Shown here one piece after another: positions 14,151 to 29,000 of a DNA stretch of 64,000 nt. Made by a program: the position numbers and the translations under genes. Position 1 is the first letter of the stretch; every line of letters starts with the position of its first letter. This stretch comes from Lama guanicoe (Eukaryota), in contig MU054187.1 of NCBI GenBank assembly GCA_013239625.1, positions 3,545,757 to 3,609,756 of the forward strand, given 5' to 3'. The notes under the pieces are model-generated. The model was not told where the DNA came from and searched no databases. It worked only from the letters and a program-made list of their open reading frames with translations.

Positions 14151-14549
14151 CCAATAAGTTTTTGTGAGAGAAAGTCTATGGGAATTAGTTGACTAGTTTT
14201 TCTTCATTTTTTGCTAACGAAGGTGAATCTCTTTCAGGGAAACTTATTGATTTAAACATGATTGTTCAGTGAAGTTGTCTTTGTGGAAATCGTGTCTCCC
14301 TTAGGCATCGTGGATCCTTGGATGCTGTTGGATTGATTAAAATTTGACCAGTCACAGAAACCTCCCCAGCCCTAAGTTTGTGTATGTCAAAATCTGCCCC
14401 CGTCTTTGAGCTATGAAGGTACTGCAGACTGCAAACTTTAACTTGGCCACTTTTGAGGTGATCTAGTTATTATTTCTCCTTTCTTTCCTTTTTCCTGCTG
14501 TTAACTTGTGATCATTCTACTGTTTGTAGCTCTTTTTAAAGGAAGAAGC

Positions 14550-14750
14550 TAGTATGGATAAATAGTTAAGAGCACAGGTGGTGGGACCGGCCACATCTGG
14601 ATTCAAATCTAGTCTTTTTAGGAAGAATGTTAACTTCTCCAAGGCTCAGCTTTCTCATCTTTACTATGAATATTGGCTACTTCATAGACTTGTTTTAAGG
14701 ATTATAGGTGCCTGGCAAGGTGCCTGGGCAGAATAAGCAGCCCATACATG
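14550..14750. mobile_element. MIR
   Basis: gttaagagcacagg...ggattcaaatc...cagctttctcatct...gttttaaggatt. Confidence 0.55.
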
Positions 14751-14758
14751 GCAGCTGT

Positions 14759-14886
14759 TATCATTATCACCATCATCACCATCATCATTACCATCATCAT
14801 CATCATCACCACCATCATCACCATCACCACCATCATCATCATCACCATCATCATCACAGTCATCACCACCATCATCATCACCATTA
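14759..14886. repeat. (CAT/CAC)n trinucleotide microsatellite
   Basis: About 40 imperfect CAT/CAC units. Confidence 0.95.
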
Positions 14887-16064
14887 TAGCAACAGACTTC
14901 ATTATTTCTTAGAAATTTTTCTTGGAAAAGAGGAATAAAGAAGAATATGTTAATAACCCAACAAAGCTAAAACATATTTTGTTTGATCCCAAAACATAAC
15001 AAGGAATGAATGAGCTCTCTATTCCATATCTTCCTCTATCCAAATTATGAGTTAATGAGTTAGGGATCCAGGATGGAGAATCAATGACTATAAAGAGACA
15101 GAAAAGTGCTTCTATAAACAGTTCAAGTGCTATTAAACAAATGCTGTCGTTTTTGGAGTACCAAGGAGATGTGTTCTCACTTAAACTTTCTTTCTAAAAG
15201 CTCCCTGTTATCGTACATTTTATTTTTCTGTTGCCTTTAAGCGGTCTTTTCAGGTCAGTTTGGGAATGACCCCAGGGGCTGCCCGGTACAGAGGAGCTTC
15301 AGAGAGACCTGAGAACACACCAGGGCGACTGCAGGTTTTACCCATTTGTTTGCTTCCAACTTACTGATGTTAGCATTATTATTACTGTGTAGGCTTCCTA
15401 GAGCTTTTGAAAATGATTAGTTATTTGAAGTCTGCTTCTCCCACGTGTAGGAAGAAAATATACATCTAGAGAGTGAGGCAAACAATGCCTGTTAGAACGG
15501 GTAGAGCCGCAGGTTCTTACACCTTCCCGCTTTCTGGCAGGTTTCACGTGCGATTTCCCTCACTGCTTGTCTCGATGACAAATGTTTTCCAACCAACCAG
15601 TTTGAAGACAGGTTGGGTTTTCAGTTCTAGTTTCTCATTCAGGGGGAGAGATTTTCTCTTCCTGGGGGAGATTTTAGCTTTGCTTGAGAGATCACATCGA
15701 GTCCCTCGGTTAAGTTCCTTCATTCTTTTATTCCTTCCATCATCTGACTCAAATGTGGGTTCTTCTCATTAAGATAGAAGACCCCTCACTGGGCAAGATA
15801 GCCTGTTCCTTGCCCGTTTCTCAGAATAGTGGTAGGAATGCCGGTGTACACAGAACTCTAAAGCAACACGTGCACAGCAGACCTCCTGCTGTGTGTCAGA
15901 ACGTCCCACAGGGTCCCTGGTGACACTGTCGCGTCCGGGCGCTGAGCAGGCGTCTGTGGAGCACGTGCATGGGCACGCTGCTGGCGGCTCAGAGCCCCAG
16001 CTCCTGGCGGGAGGCTGGGGCCGGCTGTGTGGGATGCGGTGGCCACAGCTCCTGGTGGGACTTC

Positions 16065-16420
16065 TTTTTTTGTTTTTTGTTTTTAATTGAAATGTAGTCG
16101 ATTTACAGTGTGGTTTTAGTTTCTGGTGTACAGCACAGTGACTCGGTTATACATACCTGTTCCTTTTCATATTGTTTTCCAATATAGGTTATTACAAGAT
16201 TTTGGATATAGTTCCCTGTGCTGTGCAGTAGGACCTTGTTGTTTATCTATTTTATGTACGGTAGTTGGTATCTGCAATCTCGAACTCCCAATTTATCCCT
16301 TCCCAGACATAAGTTTGTTTTCTATGTCTGTGAGTCTGTTTCTGTTTTGTAAATAAATCCATTTGTGTCATTTTTTTTGATCCACGTGTAAGAGGTATCA
16401 TGTGGTACTTCCCTTCTCTT
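16065..16420 (-). mobile_element. L1 3' end fragment
   Basis: ttgaaatgtagtcgatttacagtgtgg...tgtgagtctgtttctgttttgtaaataa. Confidence 0.7.
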
Positions 16421-16850
16421 TCCGCGTTGACCTCTGTGGTCGCTGCCGGCAGGAAAGCTCATGTACAAGGGGGATTATTTGAGCTCTGCCTTGGTGTGTA
16501 AAGTGTAACTGAGATTATTTTCTCTAGAATTGTATTCCGCATAAAATAAGTCTGTCTTATCTACACCCACGGGTGTGGTGTTAGGGATCTCTTGCCCCAA
16601 GCATAGCATCCTGTGACTCTCTGGAGGGTCACTGGAAACTCCCTTCTCAGTAAACGTATCTGATGATGAACGAGGAGAGTCCTGAGTTGCCTTCTGCAGA
16701 GCGGTCCTGGCAGGGGTGCGTGAGCACATCGGTGGAGACCACTCCCAGTGTCTCCTCCTCACTTGGGGAAGAGGAGCAGACTTTTTACTTACACATAGAT
16801 ATTGGAGAGGGAATTTAAATGCATATGCTCAACTCAAATGCTTCTGGGAA

Positions 16851-17088
16851 CTTTTTTTTTTGGAGGGGAAGGTAGGTTTATTTATTTGGTTTATTTATTT
16901 AATTTTTTATTGAGTTATAGTCAGTTTACAATGTTGTGTCAATTTGCAGTGTAGAGCACAATTTTCCAGCTATACATGAACATACATATATTGGTTTATT
17001 TATTTATTTAATGGAGGTACTGGAGATTGAACCCAGGACCTCATGCGTGCTAAGCACGTGCCCTACCACTGAGCTATACCCACTGCCC
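16851..17088 (-). mobile_element. tRNA-derived SINE (Vic-1-like), interrupted by L1
   Basis: aatggaggtactggagattgaacccaggacctc...ccactgagctataccc; the tail continues at 16851-16900. Confidence 0.75.
16902..16990 (-). mobile_element. short 5'-truncated L1 inserted into a SINE tail, with 16-bp target-site duplication
   Basis: ttggtttatttattta at 16886-16901 and 16991-17006 flanks ttttttattgagttatagtcagtttacaatgttgtg. Confidence 0.7.
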
Positions 17089-17204
17089 ACCTTTGCTCTG
17101 ATTTAACATTTCTGACCTCATACCCTGGGAAAAAAATGTATCTGCAAAGCAATAGGACTGTGGGTTTGGTTCTGTCGCCACCCTGCCCATCATAAACAAG
17201 TGCC

Positions 17205-17283
17205 TGTGTAAATGTGTATGCTTGTGTGTGTGTGTGTGTAGGTGCGTGTGTGGGTGCGTGTGTGGGTGCATGCATGTGCGTGT
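17205..17283. repeat. (TG)n-like low-complexity repeat
   Basis: tgtgtgtgtg/gtgcgtgtg run. Confidence 0.8.
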
Positions 17284-19903
17284 AGCAAACGGCGAGTGGA
17301 AGGAGCAGACGCTGTAATGCTTTTTGAAATGTTGGGGTTCTGAGACTTCTCATAGGTTTGTGTGTATTTGTGTGCTGTGTGCTCACGTGTGTGTGTGTAA
17401 TGTCATGTATGCAGATACTGATATACCCAAAACAAGCCCACACTGGCAGCACTGCCAGGTAGAGGGTGTGTCCGTGATCATCCTCTGGGATGCTAGCAGG
17501 GTCTGAGGAGGTCCACCCCGAGGCAGCTCACCCATCAGCCGGGGTCACCTCAACTTGGAGGAAACAGTGCCTGTGGGTCCCTGAGGGCACGTCCATGGGC
17601 GGGTTGGCACTTCCCCTCCGCACCGGCAGTGAGAGTGGCCGGTCCCCCGTATCAGCGGTCAGAGCTGTCTGTTTGGTCACACGTGTGTTTCCAGCCCTGT
17701 CGGGTCCTGGGCTGGGAAGCTGACTGGCAGGTTGAAAGGCTTCCCTGGACGATGCCCCCAGGCTGGGGTCTGCTTAGTTAGCGCCCAGGGAGAGAAGACT
17801 GACCTCTCTCCAGGGAGACATCACTTTTAATATCTTCTTTGTGCCGAGAACTTTCACTGGGTGCTAGATGCCTGGAGCCTCACCAGAACCCAGTGGGGTA
17901 ACTGGCTCCGATTGGGATCCCGGTGGTTCAACTCACTTACCGAGTGGTTCCTCTCTGTCCTCCCAGGATAGCGTCACACACGCACATGCACACGCGCGTG
18001 CACAGATGCACCCAGAAGCATCAAAGGGGGGACAGGTCACCGTGTATTTCCACTAAAGGTACAAAAAGAGGAACTGGGCCGTGCGCGCTGGCCACGCTGT
18101 TTGCGCTGAAGAGAACGGGCAGCGCATCTGAATCAGTCAGCTTTCAGCCCGGAAGACTAACCTGCCGGCACTGTCTCCTTGTATGATTATTATTCTCATT
18201 TTAGGTAATAAGGGTGCCTGTTACTTCAAATTTCCGGCAGCTTCACACCCAGACTCTGTAACAGAGCTGGAAAGAGCACGTGGAGACAAAAGACATTTTC
18301 GGTTCTTCTTTAGCATTGGCAGGTGGTTTAGAAAGTCAGGCTTTTCACGTGTGCATACATCACTGAGTCTGGCATCGTGATGCTGGCGTGGCCTGAGAGG
18401 TAGAGGATCCCTCAGATGATTTAAAACTGAAAAATGAAATCGGTTTCTCAGCCCCCCTAAGTAATGGCCCCACCCCAGAGCCGTGAGGGGGAGGGAGAGG
18501 CACCAGGTCCCCTACCTCCGAGCTGTGAGGCTGAGGTCCTGCTCCCTAAGTTACAGGAAAACCAGACGCTCGACACAGGTTCCGAGCCCCCGATGGACTC
18601 GGACTAGCCTGTACCACTTTCACCTGGCCCTTCACCCCCCCAGCCCCTGTGTGTCCTCCACCCCATGCCCTGCCAACCCCAGACTCGTTCCTGCTGCCTG
18701 GGGGCATCTGATTCCTTCTCTTTTTCTTCAGCTGAGTTGCATCAGGACTTCTTTTTCCCTGCATTGAGGACAACCATGCATCCGCTCCTGAGGCCGAGAC
18801 TGAGGTTTTGTTCCAATCCATCTAGAGCCTTAAATCCTAGAACAGCTAGAGTTGGAAAGCTCTGGATCTAACGCAGGGCTTGTCCGAGTTCAGTGTGCCT
18901 ACAGGTCGCCCAGAGAGCTTGTTAAAGTTCAGGGTCTGATTGAATAAGTCAGGGTCAGAGTCAAGCTCCCAGAAGGTGACAGAGGCCTGGGAGGCCCACT
19001 CCTAGAGATGGAGGTTTGGATGATTCAGGACGAGGCCCGAGTTAAGACAAGGTGCCCAGGTACACAGCCAGAGGTAAGAAATACCGTCATAAGGGTTAAA
19101 ACCCAATTTACCCACTAAATGCATAGAAGGAAAATTGAAGTCACTTCCGAACCATTGCACTAGCCTGTGGTTTGACTCTAGGGAAGTCATCTCCTTTCGG
19201 CCCCAAATTTCCAAAAAGAAAGACAGTTACTGCTTTTTTCCGCGATATAGAGGGCTATTTGAATGAAAGAATATTTCCCTACTTAATTTTAGCCTGGTTA
19301 TTTTCATTCTGAGTGTTAACTTCATTCAAGCCAAGAATATATCACCATCCATCTCCCCTCTTTTGAGTCACAAGAAAAATTGGTTTTATACCTTCTTTGC
19401 TCAATTTAGCATCTAGACTAAGATTTCAAAATGGGGCAAGATTGCCCCCAAGGGAGTGGAAAGTGGTTCTTGGCGGATGAGAAAATCTTAGCTGTTACAG
19501 TGGTTTGTGGCCCTCCAAAGCTCAGACCTACCGGACAGAATCTTATTTCTTTGTATTTAATTTAAAATGTCTAATTTAATTAAATGTTTCTCCTTTGCAG
19601 GGGTGATAGTGAAAAAAGGTTGAGGAACACTGTTCTAGACAAAGAGAACCCACATGAAGCTTGCGTTTCCTTCCTGAGACGGGTACCCTGAGCTTGACCC
19701 GAGGAGAGTTTGTGATAGCTTTTCTGAGGGGTGAAATTTGGACTTAACGGTGAATTCTGGGAGGAAACGTCAAAAGCATTTTTCTCTCTCCTCAGTAAGA
19801 CAATATTCTCTCTCGGTGAGAAATGTGAGTTCCAGGAGCACCTGTCCCATACTGAGCTCTCTTGCAGATGGAACATTGTGGGGTGTGGTGTGGCGGTCAG
19901 ACG

Positions 19904-20055
19904 GGCCGGGTGTAAGGCCTAGCTCTCTCCTCCACTCTGTGGCTTTCTGCGTCTTCTCGCACCTCTCTAAGTAAGGCCGGGTGTAAGGCCTAGCTCTCTC
20001 CTCCACTCTCTCCTCCACTCTGTGGCTTTCTGCGTCTTCTCGCACCTCTCTAAGT
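19904..20055. repeat. 69-bp near-tandem duplication with a nested 12-bp duplication
   Basis: Copies at 19904-19972 and 19975-20055 are identical except for an extra 12 nt in copy 2. Confidence 0.9.
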
Positions 20056-23000
20056 CTCATTTGCACGTGTACAATGGAAATACAACCTAACCTGATAGAT
20101 TTGTTGCTCAGATGAAACATGAATTGGGTGTAAAGGGTGTACAACAGTGTCTGGTACCTCAAAGTGCTCAATTAGTGGCAGGAGACACAGCGCTTATTAA
20201 TGCCTGTCTGCCCGTCCATCTATATATCTACCTACCTGTCCATCAGCCACCTCCCTTTTATCATCGCCATTGGCATAAAATGCCTCCGGCACAAAACAAT
20301 CTCCTGAATCAGATTCTGTCCGCACCAGACCGGAGCAACTCCACAGAACTCCTTCACCAATCCGCCTTTCCGAGCTAACGGAGCATTAGGAAGTGGGGGG
20401 CGGGCGCTCCCCTCCTCCGGGTCCCCGTGGACGGCTGAGCCTGGGAGTGACGTGTTTATGCGACAGCTCTTCCTGCTGAGCTGACAACTGTTGGCTGAGT
20501 GGCCTGCGGGAGGGAGAATGTATTCTGTGCAAGGAAAGTTGATACTAGATTCCATCAGCCACTCTGATTTCTTCCTGCTGTTGCAAAATAGGGCCGGATT
20601 CTCTTTACCCAAAGTAAATACAACCAAACCAAAAAAAGGATTAAGGTTTAAAAAGAAAGAAAAAGAAACCAAGAAAGAATAATACATGTAGACCAGGGAA
20701 ATAATAGTTTTTATATAAGAAGAGAATTGCGGTCTTTCATGGTCTCAAAAAAAGCCCTTATCTGAAAGCTTTGATTTTGCTCCATGTCTGTTTGTCACCC
20801 AGGTGGATGCCGGGGTTTCGAATCTCGGTCTTGGTGAATGCTAGTGTTAAAATTTGGAGTGTGAGCTCCTTAAAGCACTCTGACGTGGGAAAGGAAGCCA
20901 GAGTAAACGGGGCTGGTTGCAGGTGTGTTGTTATTTCAGAGAATCATATGAAAAAATGCATTCGGATGCGTGTAAATGCAGAACTCGGGCAAGCATGATA
21001 AACGCCTTACCGACAAGCTCCCAGAACACTTTTAATGAGCTGATCACTCAAATCCAACTCCAAGGGTGAAAGAGATGTGAGTCCCTGGGGCCCCCAGCGC
21101 TCATCCGAGTGGTCGGTCACACCCTAGAGGCGGGTCCAGCAGGTCCCTGACTGCCACCGTCTGCTGCAGGCGCAAGCCTGTGTTGAGACGGCAGCCAACT
21201 GCAGCTCTCCAGGCTCCTGGCCCAGTTTGTAGACAGTCACTGGAATGTTACAGAAGGGCCGAGGACAGGAATGTGCCCGGAGGATTTACATTCCTGTGAT
21301 GACCATAGACAGGTGAACAGGTGAGGAGCCGGGGCCCTGAGACCGCACACGTCAGAGGAGAAGGAGGGGGGCCAGGACTCTCGGAGGAAGGCCGTCTCCC
21401 CTGAGACCTGCAGGGTGAACGGCCAGGCAAAGGGGGCAGGTGTGGAAGGCGGAGTCCGGGAGGAGGTGGTCGTGGCGGGAGGTGGAGGGCTGATGGGGCC
21501 GGCCACGCAGGGGCTTAGACGCAGTGCTAAGGGGTTCAGACATTGTCCGGAGGCTAGTTTTGTGCAGAGAGTGACTGGTTGGACTTGCAGAAAGAATTCA
21601 GGTAGTAGGTTATGGGCGTGAGGGCTGGCCCAGCCCGGCCGTCCAGGCAGAGACTGGACCCTGAGTCCACCAGGTGGGCGTCACACGGCCAGGTCTTCTC
21701 CACTTTACCTGCCCCGCTTGAGTGCCACGCTTCCTGATCACAAAAGGCGTCCGTGATCAGATTGTCATTTCTACTAAAGAAAACACTCAGAACTCTTTGT
21801 TTTTCCGGAGTCTTGGTTTTCTCTGTTCAAGACGGCACCCTTGCTGCTGGCCACACGCGAACCTCTGGGCTGCCGGGACTTTGACCCTGACCCGGTGTAG
21901 ACTGATTATTATCCGCCAGACTCTCTGGCCACAGAATCATCATCTGTCAAACTCCTGCATCAGACGGCCAACCACAGAGCATCCTGGTGATAGGAAAACC
22001 CGGCACATTTACCAAAGAACTTTTTCAGGCTCTGAAAAGAGGTGTGGTGACACGGTTGAAGTTTCCAATAGAGCCAAGTGAGGTCAGAAAAGATGTGAGC
22101 TGTGGCTTCTGGACGGCAGGGCAGCCATAAGCACACTGAGCAGCATCAAGGTCACAGCAAAGCTGTGGTCAGTAGGTGCGAATGGTTTTTGTACAAACTG
22201 ACTGCTGGGGGTGGGTCTAGAGAGAAATTATCCCAGAGGAGCTCAGGGAAGGCCCTCTCGGCAGAAGCGGGGAGGAACGGTGTTCCAGGTTGCGTAGGTA
22301 AGCCTTTGCTAAGGGACACGGCCTGGCCGAAACCGGCCTAGAACTGAGCAGTGAGAAGGCTGGGGGGGGGTCAGGTCCTCCACGTGGGCCACCTGGGATC
22401 CAGGCCGACCCTGCAGAAGATGTTCATTCCTGTGTGACATAATCCTAATCCGTGTTCCCTCTACCTGCTCGCCAGATGCGCTATTGGTTTTTCCCTCCTC
22501 CCTCCCTCCCTTCCTTCCTTCTTGATTCTTACCTTTATAGTGTGGTGCTGTCTTCCTTAAAGATCCTATTTTGACTCCTTAAAGGCCGGACTTGCTAGTG
22601 AGCAATGAGCAGTCGTTTCACCCTCCCTGTTTTATTGTTTAGTTTGAACCATTGATTCTCTCCCGCTGTGGTGCTGTGTCTGGGGGACGCTTTCGGGACA
22701 TCCTGGAGGGACCGTGCAGAGCGAGCGTGGAGAGCAGGTCCTGTGGGCGGTGGGCTGACCTGACAGCCAGGATGCTGCTGCTGACCACAGGCATCCTGTT
22801 CCTGACACCCCGTAATGTTACTTGTGTTACCGCGTCACTCTCCCCAGCTGTTTCCTTGTTTGAAACGCTGGGGTCCTCATGTCTACGTGCAGGAATTTAG
22901 TAGAGTCTTAAAAAGACTCTGCACGCATTGAGGGAGGCTGAGGTGTGCTGCTGTTTAAATGATCATGTTGAGACGTGATTACCATCCTAGGAGACTTGGG

Positions 23001-23064
23001 GGACAGTTATTTCAGAAAGAACTCAAAAAGGTGATAATTTACCCATTGTTTTAAAAACCTAAAA

Positions 23065-23204
23065 AATTTTTTTTCTTGTGTTTCTTTTTGGGGGGTGGTG
23101 GCAATTAGGTGTTTGTTTTTATTTTAGTGGAGGGACTGGGGACTGAACCAGGGATCTCGTGCATGCTAAGCACCTGCTCTACCACTGAGCTGTACCCTCC
23201 CCCC
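23065..23204 (-). mobile_element. tRNA-derived SINE (Vic-1-like)
   Basis: gggactgaaccagggatctcgtgcatgctaagcacc...accactgagctgtaccctccccc. Confidence 0.75.
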
Positions 23205-23232
23205 GTGTTTAAAACTTGAACAATCAGGATAA

Positions 23233-23481
<249 letters not shown>

Positions 23482-25794
23482 TAGTTTTATTTTGCTTTCA
23501 GCAAAGCAGTTACTATAGTCATCACTTAAGAAAGAACGCCTTTGGTCCAGTATTCAGAATGTACCATGGTTGCTGTTTGTGGTTTATTCTAATAATTGTT
23601 TTTAAAAATTACTCGCCTGATGAACTCTACGTGATACTTTTATAAAATCCGCAAATGCTCTCATTCGTATTTCAGTTAAGCAAGGCAAAACAGAAAGAGA
23701 TTTGGCGAGATCACGATTCTTTGCTTGTGTAGCACGCTAGCACTTTTCACCCACACGATGACGTGCACTTTGCTTAGCTATAGAGAAAGTGCTGGTAGCA
23801 GTAATTCTGTACTCGATATCCTGGGCTTTTAACCACAGATTAAAACGTGTAAATTACCATACACGCAGAAGTAAATGTAACGCTACAGAAAACACGCTCC
23901 TGTATTTCCCCATGTTCCGAGGCATCCATCTGCCGGCCTCCTGCGCTCTGCTGCCGGTCCCGCCTGGGGCTGCACCGGCCTCTCCTGTTGACATTCCGCT
24001 CGTGTTGCTTATGATCTGAGGATTCAGATGGTCTCCCCCGTGAACACTGAGTGAATTTTTTCACGGTGCTTTCTCTCTTCCGAAAGAGCCAAGCACTTTC
24101 TTGGCGTTCTTAAGAACTGTTAAACAAGGATTATTATAACCCCAATGTGTGTTATTTCCGGAAGGTGTCCACGGGATTTGTAGAGGGAACGGAGATTAAA
24201 ATCCCCGTTTTGATTTGTCTGGCGTCCTCTGCGTTCGTTGTGTTTAAGGTGATTCTTCTTCTGCCTCAAGCATAGGTTCTTGCAGGTGAATTATAATCCA
24301 TCCTTGGCCTTGGTCACCTCCAGCAAAAGGGCAGGTGGAGGAGAGCAGTGTGGGGAGAAGCAGCCGCAATGAGCCTGGCAGCTGCTGTCCTGAGTCCTTG
24401 TCTCACCGTCCGTGCAGCCCCCCCAAGTGATCAGTACTGTTATTATTCTTCCACACCTTAGAGGTGAGGAGAAGGAAAGGCTCAGCCGCCTCTGAGCTCC
24501 GGCAGCAAGTCGGGGAGCCAGGCCTCGCCCCCAGGAGGTTGGCCTCAGAGTGCATGCTTGGGAATTTATCACCTTGGTTTTGTAGAACTTCACAAGCCTA
24601 GAGCCTCACAGAGGTAACTGGTCTCACGCGAGTCGGGCGGCCTAGTCCAGACAACTCGGGTTCAGCAACCGTGGGCCACCTCCGGGCGAAGGCGCTGGTA
24701 CTTACCGCCTCGGTGCTCGCACTGTGCGGAGCATGCAGGCCGCCCCCTTACCCCTGACAGCAACCCTGGCCGTCCTGCTGTTTCCTCATCTTGTGAATGG
24801 AGGTGCCAGGAAGGCACAAAGACAGCCAGTGACTTGCCGGGGTCACACCCAGCTGGAAACAGCAGAACCGGGATTCAAACCCGTTCAGTGCTGTGGGGGC
24901 CCCTAGGTCCTCAGCGGCGGCCCCGCCCCCAACCAAGGCCCTGACCCTCCCGGCCCCGCCCCAAGCAGGCCCCGCCCTCTCCAGGCACCACCCTGTGCTT
25001 ATGAGACCCTGTGTGAGGGTCACATACTCATGGTCTGACTCTGCAAAAATGTCTGAAACAAAGGCATCACAAAGGCACATATATTTGAAAATTTAAAAGT
25101 CGTTGGTGGAAGCCTGTAGCCTTTCCAAGGTGTAGGAGTGACAGCCTGTGCCAAGTCCCTGCTTCTCTCCAGGTGACCCCGTGAATTTCCCGGGTCAGGT
25201 GTGCCTCTCGATGTGACCCAGTGGCTCGGTTACCCTTAGCTGTGCCAGCTTCTCATGCGAAACCTAGTTTCATCGATGTCTCATTCTGGCAGATCATCAC
25301 CCTGCCCGATCCCTAACTGTGGAATAATGTTTGGTCCTGTAAGTGTAAGCCTGAGACAGTACAGTTTGGAGTAAATCCCCGTTGGTACTGGCTTCAAGAG
25401 ACTTATCCACAAGAATATACACATCAAGAAACACATACATTCCATGTAAACATGCTGTGGGCTGTTAGAGAAAATTTGAACACTAAGGGTACACACTTTG
25501 GGGCTGGTGCTGAGGGACAAATGGACAGGCTAAGTCTGTGTCGTGTCCTTTATGTTTCAAGTGGGCTCGTAGTGGTATCTCTGGGAGGGCTCACGGGAAA
25601 CTGCTTCTTAAGAGGGAAGTGCCCACGAGGAGGGAGCCAGACATTCTGAGTGTAACTTTTTGTCTCATCTCTATTTTGTACTGTGTGTCTGTGTGACCCA
25701 ATCAAAACAAAGCATTAAAATTTTCCCAAAAAGAGGGAAAGTGTGAGGGCCATGTTCCCATGGCTTTTTTGTTTCTGCTCAGAGACCCGAGTAA

Positions 25795-26097
<303 letters not shown>

Positions 26098-29000
26098 TAA
26101 AATGTGCTCAGATACTTCCCTGCCCTCCTGTCCAACTGAGTGCGCGTTCCTTTCCCTTCACTAATTAACTCCACCACTGAGCGGTCGCAGGTGCTGCGGA
26201 ATGAGGACGGGGTAGAGGATTGGACACAGGTGTTCCCCTGAGCAGGGCCCCTCACGGAGGAGGAAGCAGACCTAGAAGTGAGGATTTCCAATGCTCTTTG
26301 GTTAGTTTTGAAGCAGAGGTTTGTACAGACCTTGGAGTCCCTGCCTCTTCAGGAAATAACCACCTGTGTTTATGAGCGAAAGATTCTTCAGGTCTTTAAC
26401 CTCCTGGATGTGGGGACATCATTCAGTATTTCTGGATCCCCAACACCCTTGGGGCCAGATTCCGCCAACCCTCCCTTTTTCCAGGATCCACGCGTGTAAG
26501 GAGAGGGATTTCCCCAAAGCCTTCACGTTCCTGGTAATGTTTGGCTTTTAACAAAGTCAATGGATACAGCCAATTTAACATTAAATCTTTCATGTTTAAA
26601 TCGTTTCCTCACTGAGAAGATCCCTGACGGTGCCAGGCCCTCTGGAGGTGCCCGGATGCTGTGGTCACAGCTCCCGCCCTGGGAGCTAATATTCGAGCAG
26701 GGCAAGACGGGCGATCATCCCGGGCAGTCATCACCAACAACGCGGACAGTCTGGGGGGAGCGCGCCATGAGGGAGCCTGGTGGTCGGAGCGGGGAAGGGG
26801 AGGGTTGCTGGTTCTAAGCAGTGGTCCCAGCAGCAGGGACTTGACACAGGGAGCCTGGGGGCTGTCGGGGGCTGGTGACGCCCAGGGGAGACCACCAGTG
26901 CCGGGGGCCCAGAGCAGGGCAGGAGGCACGGAGCTGGGTGGAGCGGATGAGAGCCCAGAGGCCACGCGGGAGCCTCTCTCCTGACTCGGCAGGAAGCAGG
27001 AGGCATTTGGACAGAGCAGGGACGCAGTCCTCATGCTCCTGCTCAGTCCTGCTGCCTAGGGGTGAGCCATGGAGAAGCCGGGGCCCCGGGGCGGGACAGC
27101 GGGGGGACCCCCGCACAGTGGCGGACCATCCCCTGAAACCCCTCTGGTGCCAGGATTTCATAGTCTGACTGCCGCTCTGCTCTGGACTCTGAAGTTAATG
27201 AACAGCACTACTGTAAAATAGGGGAAATATTTCTTGATCAGCCCGGATGTCTGGCATCATGTATCCACGTCTGTAATCTGTCCATGTAGCTGTCTATAGA
27301 GAAAGCTTACATACTCAGATGATACACATATACACTACGATACCTGCTGTGCTGTGCGATGCATGACATGCCCGCGGTGGCACACAGGTGAGGTCCCGAG
27401 GCTCCGGGAAGGGGACTCTTGCCCAGAACCGCATCCCTAGCTCCTGGCGGAGCTGCTCCTGAACCCTGGACTCATGCGCCTCCCAAGACCTCGCCCACTG
27501 TGCTCAGTGCCCAGGATGAGAAAATACTCTAGCGTCACCCTGGGGCTCCCGCCAGGTGGGCCCTGGGCCCAGTCCTGTTTGTGGCACGGACCTCGGCCCC
27601 GTGTGCGTTGATGAAACATCCCGCCGTCAGCCCCTCCCTGGCCGGCACTTGGTTTCACGTCCCTTCTTCAGGCTTGGCCACTTCTGCCCCTGGCTGGTGG
27701 GCGTCTTCTGCTTACATCAAAGATGCTCTTCCAGTTTCTGCTTCTTGTTCTCTTTTGGTTTGGGGATGAATTCAAGGGGACAGGGGAGGGGGGACCAAAG
27801 ACCCTTACTGCACTACCTTAAAAGCAAAATTGTAATGATAGAAAACTTTGCTAAAGAAGATAGAGGGGTCTCTGTGGTTGGGGTTTTGTTTTGCTTTGCT
27901 CTTACAGAGAGAAAAAGGAAGTTGGAAAATGACAAAAGTTTCTGAAGCATCATGTCTTTTCTGGCTGCTCCTTGCCAGATACAGCAGGCTTCTTAAGCTA
28001 TGTGTGAATCAGAATCCGGAAACTCATCCTGCTGCAAATGCTTGAATAAAAATAATTTGCCCTTTTGGAAGTCCCATTGGGTGGGAGACTGGTCCGTGGC
28101 GGCCGGTTCTCCCTCCCGCGCACACACAGGCTCCCTTTGTCCCTGGAGCTCCCGCGTGCCCGGCTCCTGAGGCTTTTCTAATCTCTTCCCTTTTCTAGTC
28201 TCTGCTCTACTGCATTCTTCTCCTTCCTGGGCTCTTTCACCAACTTCAAGCCTCTGTTCATCCCTCCCGACTCTAGCTGTCACTTCCTGCCCCCTCCCCT
28301 CCTGAGGGCTCCTCCCGCTGGGCTGCGCTCCGTTCAAGGACAAGGCTCCGTCTTAATGCTCTTTGTCTCTCTGAGTTCAGTGCCAGCACGTGGCCCATAG
28401 TAGGTACTCACTAAACGCTTGTTGCAAGAAGCAAGGACGGAATATGAGCTCGCTTCTCTTTAAATCTGATCCCCAGCAGTGGGCGTTTTTGCTTTCTTCA
28501 GCGACAGGCCGGTACCGGGTTAACCTCAGGGATCTGGTCAGGGTCTCTCTCCTCCTCTCTTTCTTTCTTCCATCAGATTTGTCAGCTGATAGCCTTATTT
28601 ATTTGCCTGATTGACTTGAACGTAAAAAGACACGTCACATTTCCTTCTGTTAAGGCCTCTTAGTGAGTCAGATTCCGCAGGCAGGGGAGCACGCCTGGTC
28701 TTTATCTGCATCACTGAGAGAGTTCTTCAGATTAGGAGACCGTTTAAGAACAAGGAAGAAAAAAGTCTGCAGTGTGGCCAAGGAAGCCCGAGAAAGGCCA
28801 AAGGCCAACCTGGTTAGGAATGTCTTTCGCCTCCTTCCTGGACAACCCCATATTGCATAAAAGGTCAGAACGTGCCCACAGAAGATAAGCCAGTTTATCC
28901 AAGAGAGCTTGGCTAGTTCAGGAGCCAGGGCAACGGGGCGGCCACATCATTTATGGAGACCAGAACCCCAGCTAAAAAAGTGATGCACATCGAATCCTTG

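Noticed and set aside
14708..14938. Poly-His ORF, and the poly-Met/Val ORF on the opposite strand
   Set aside because: Simply the translation of a (CAT/CAC)n microsatellite beside a MIR in a LYN intron.
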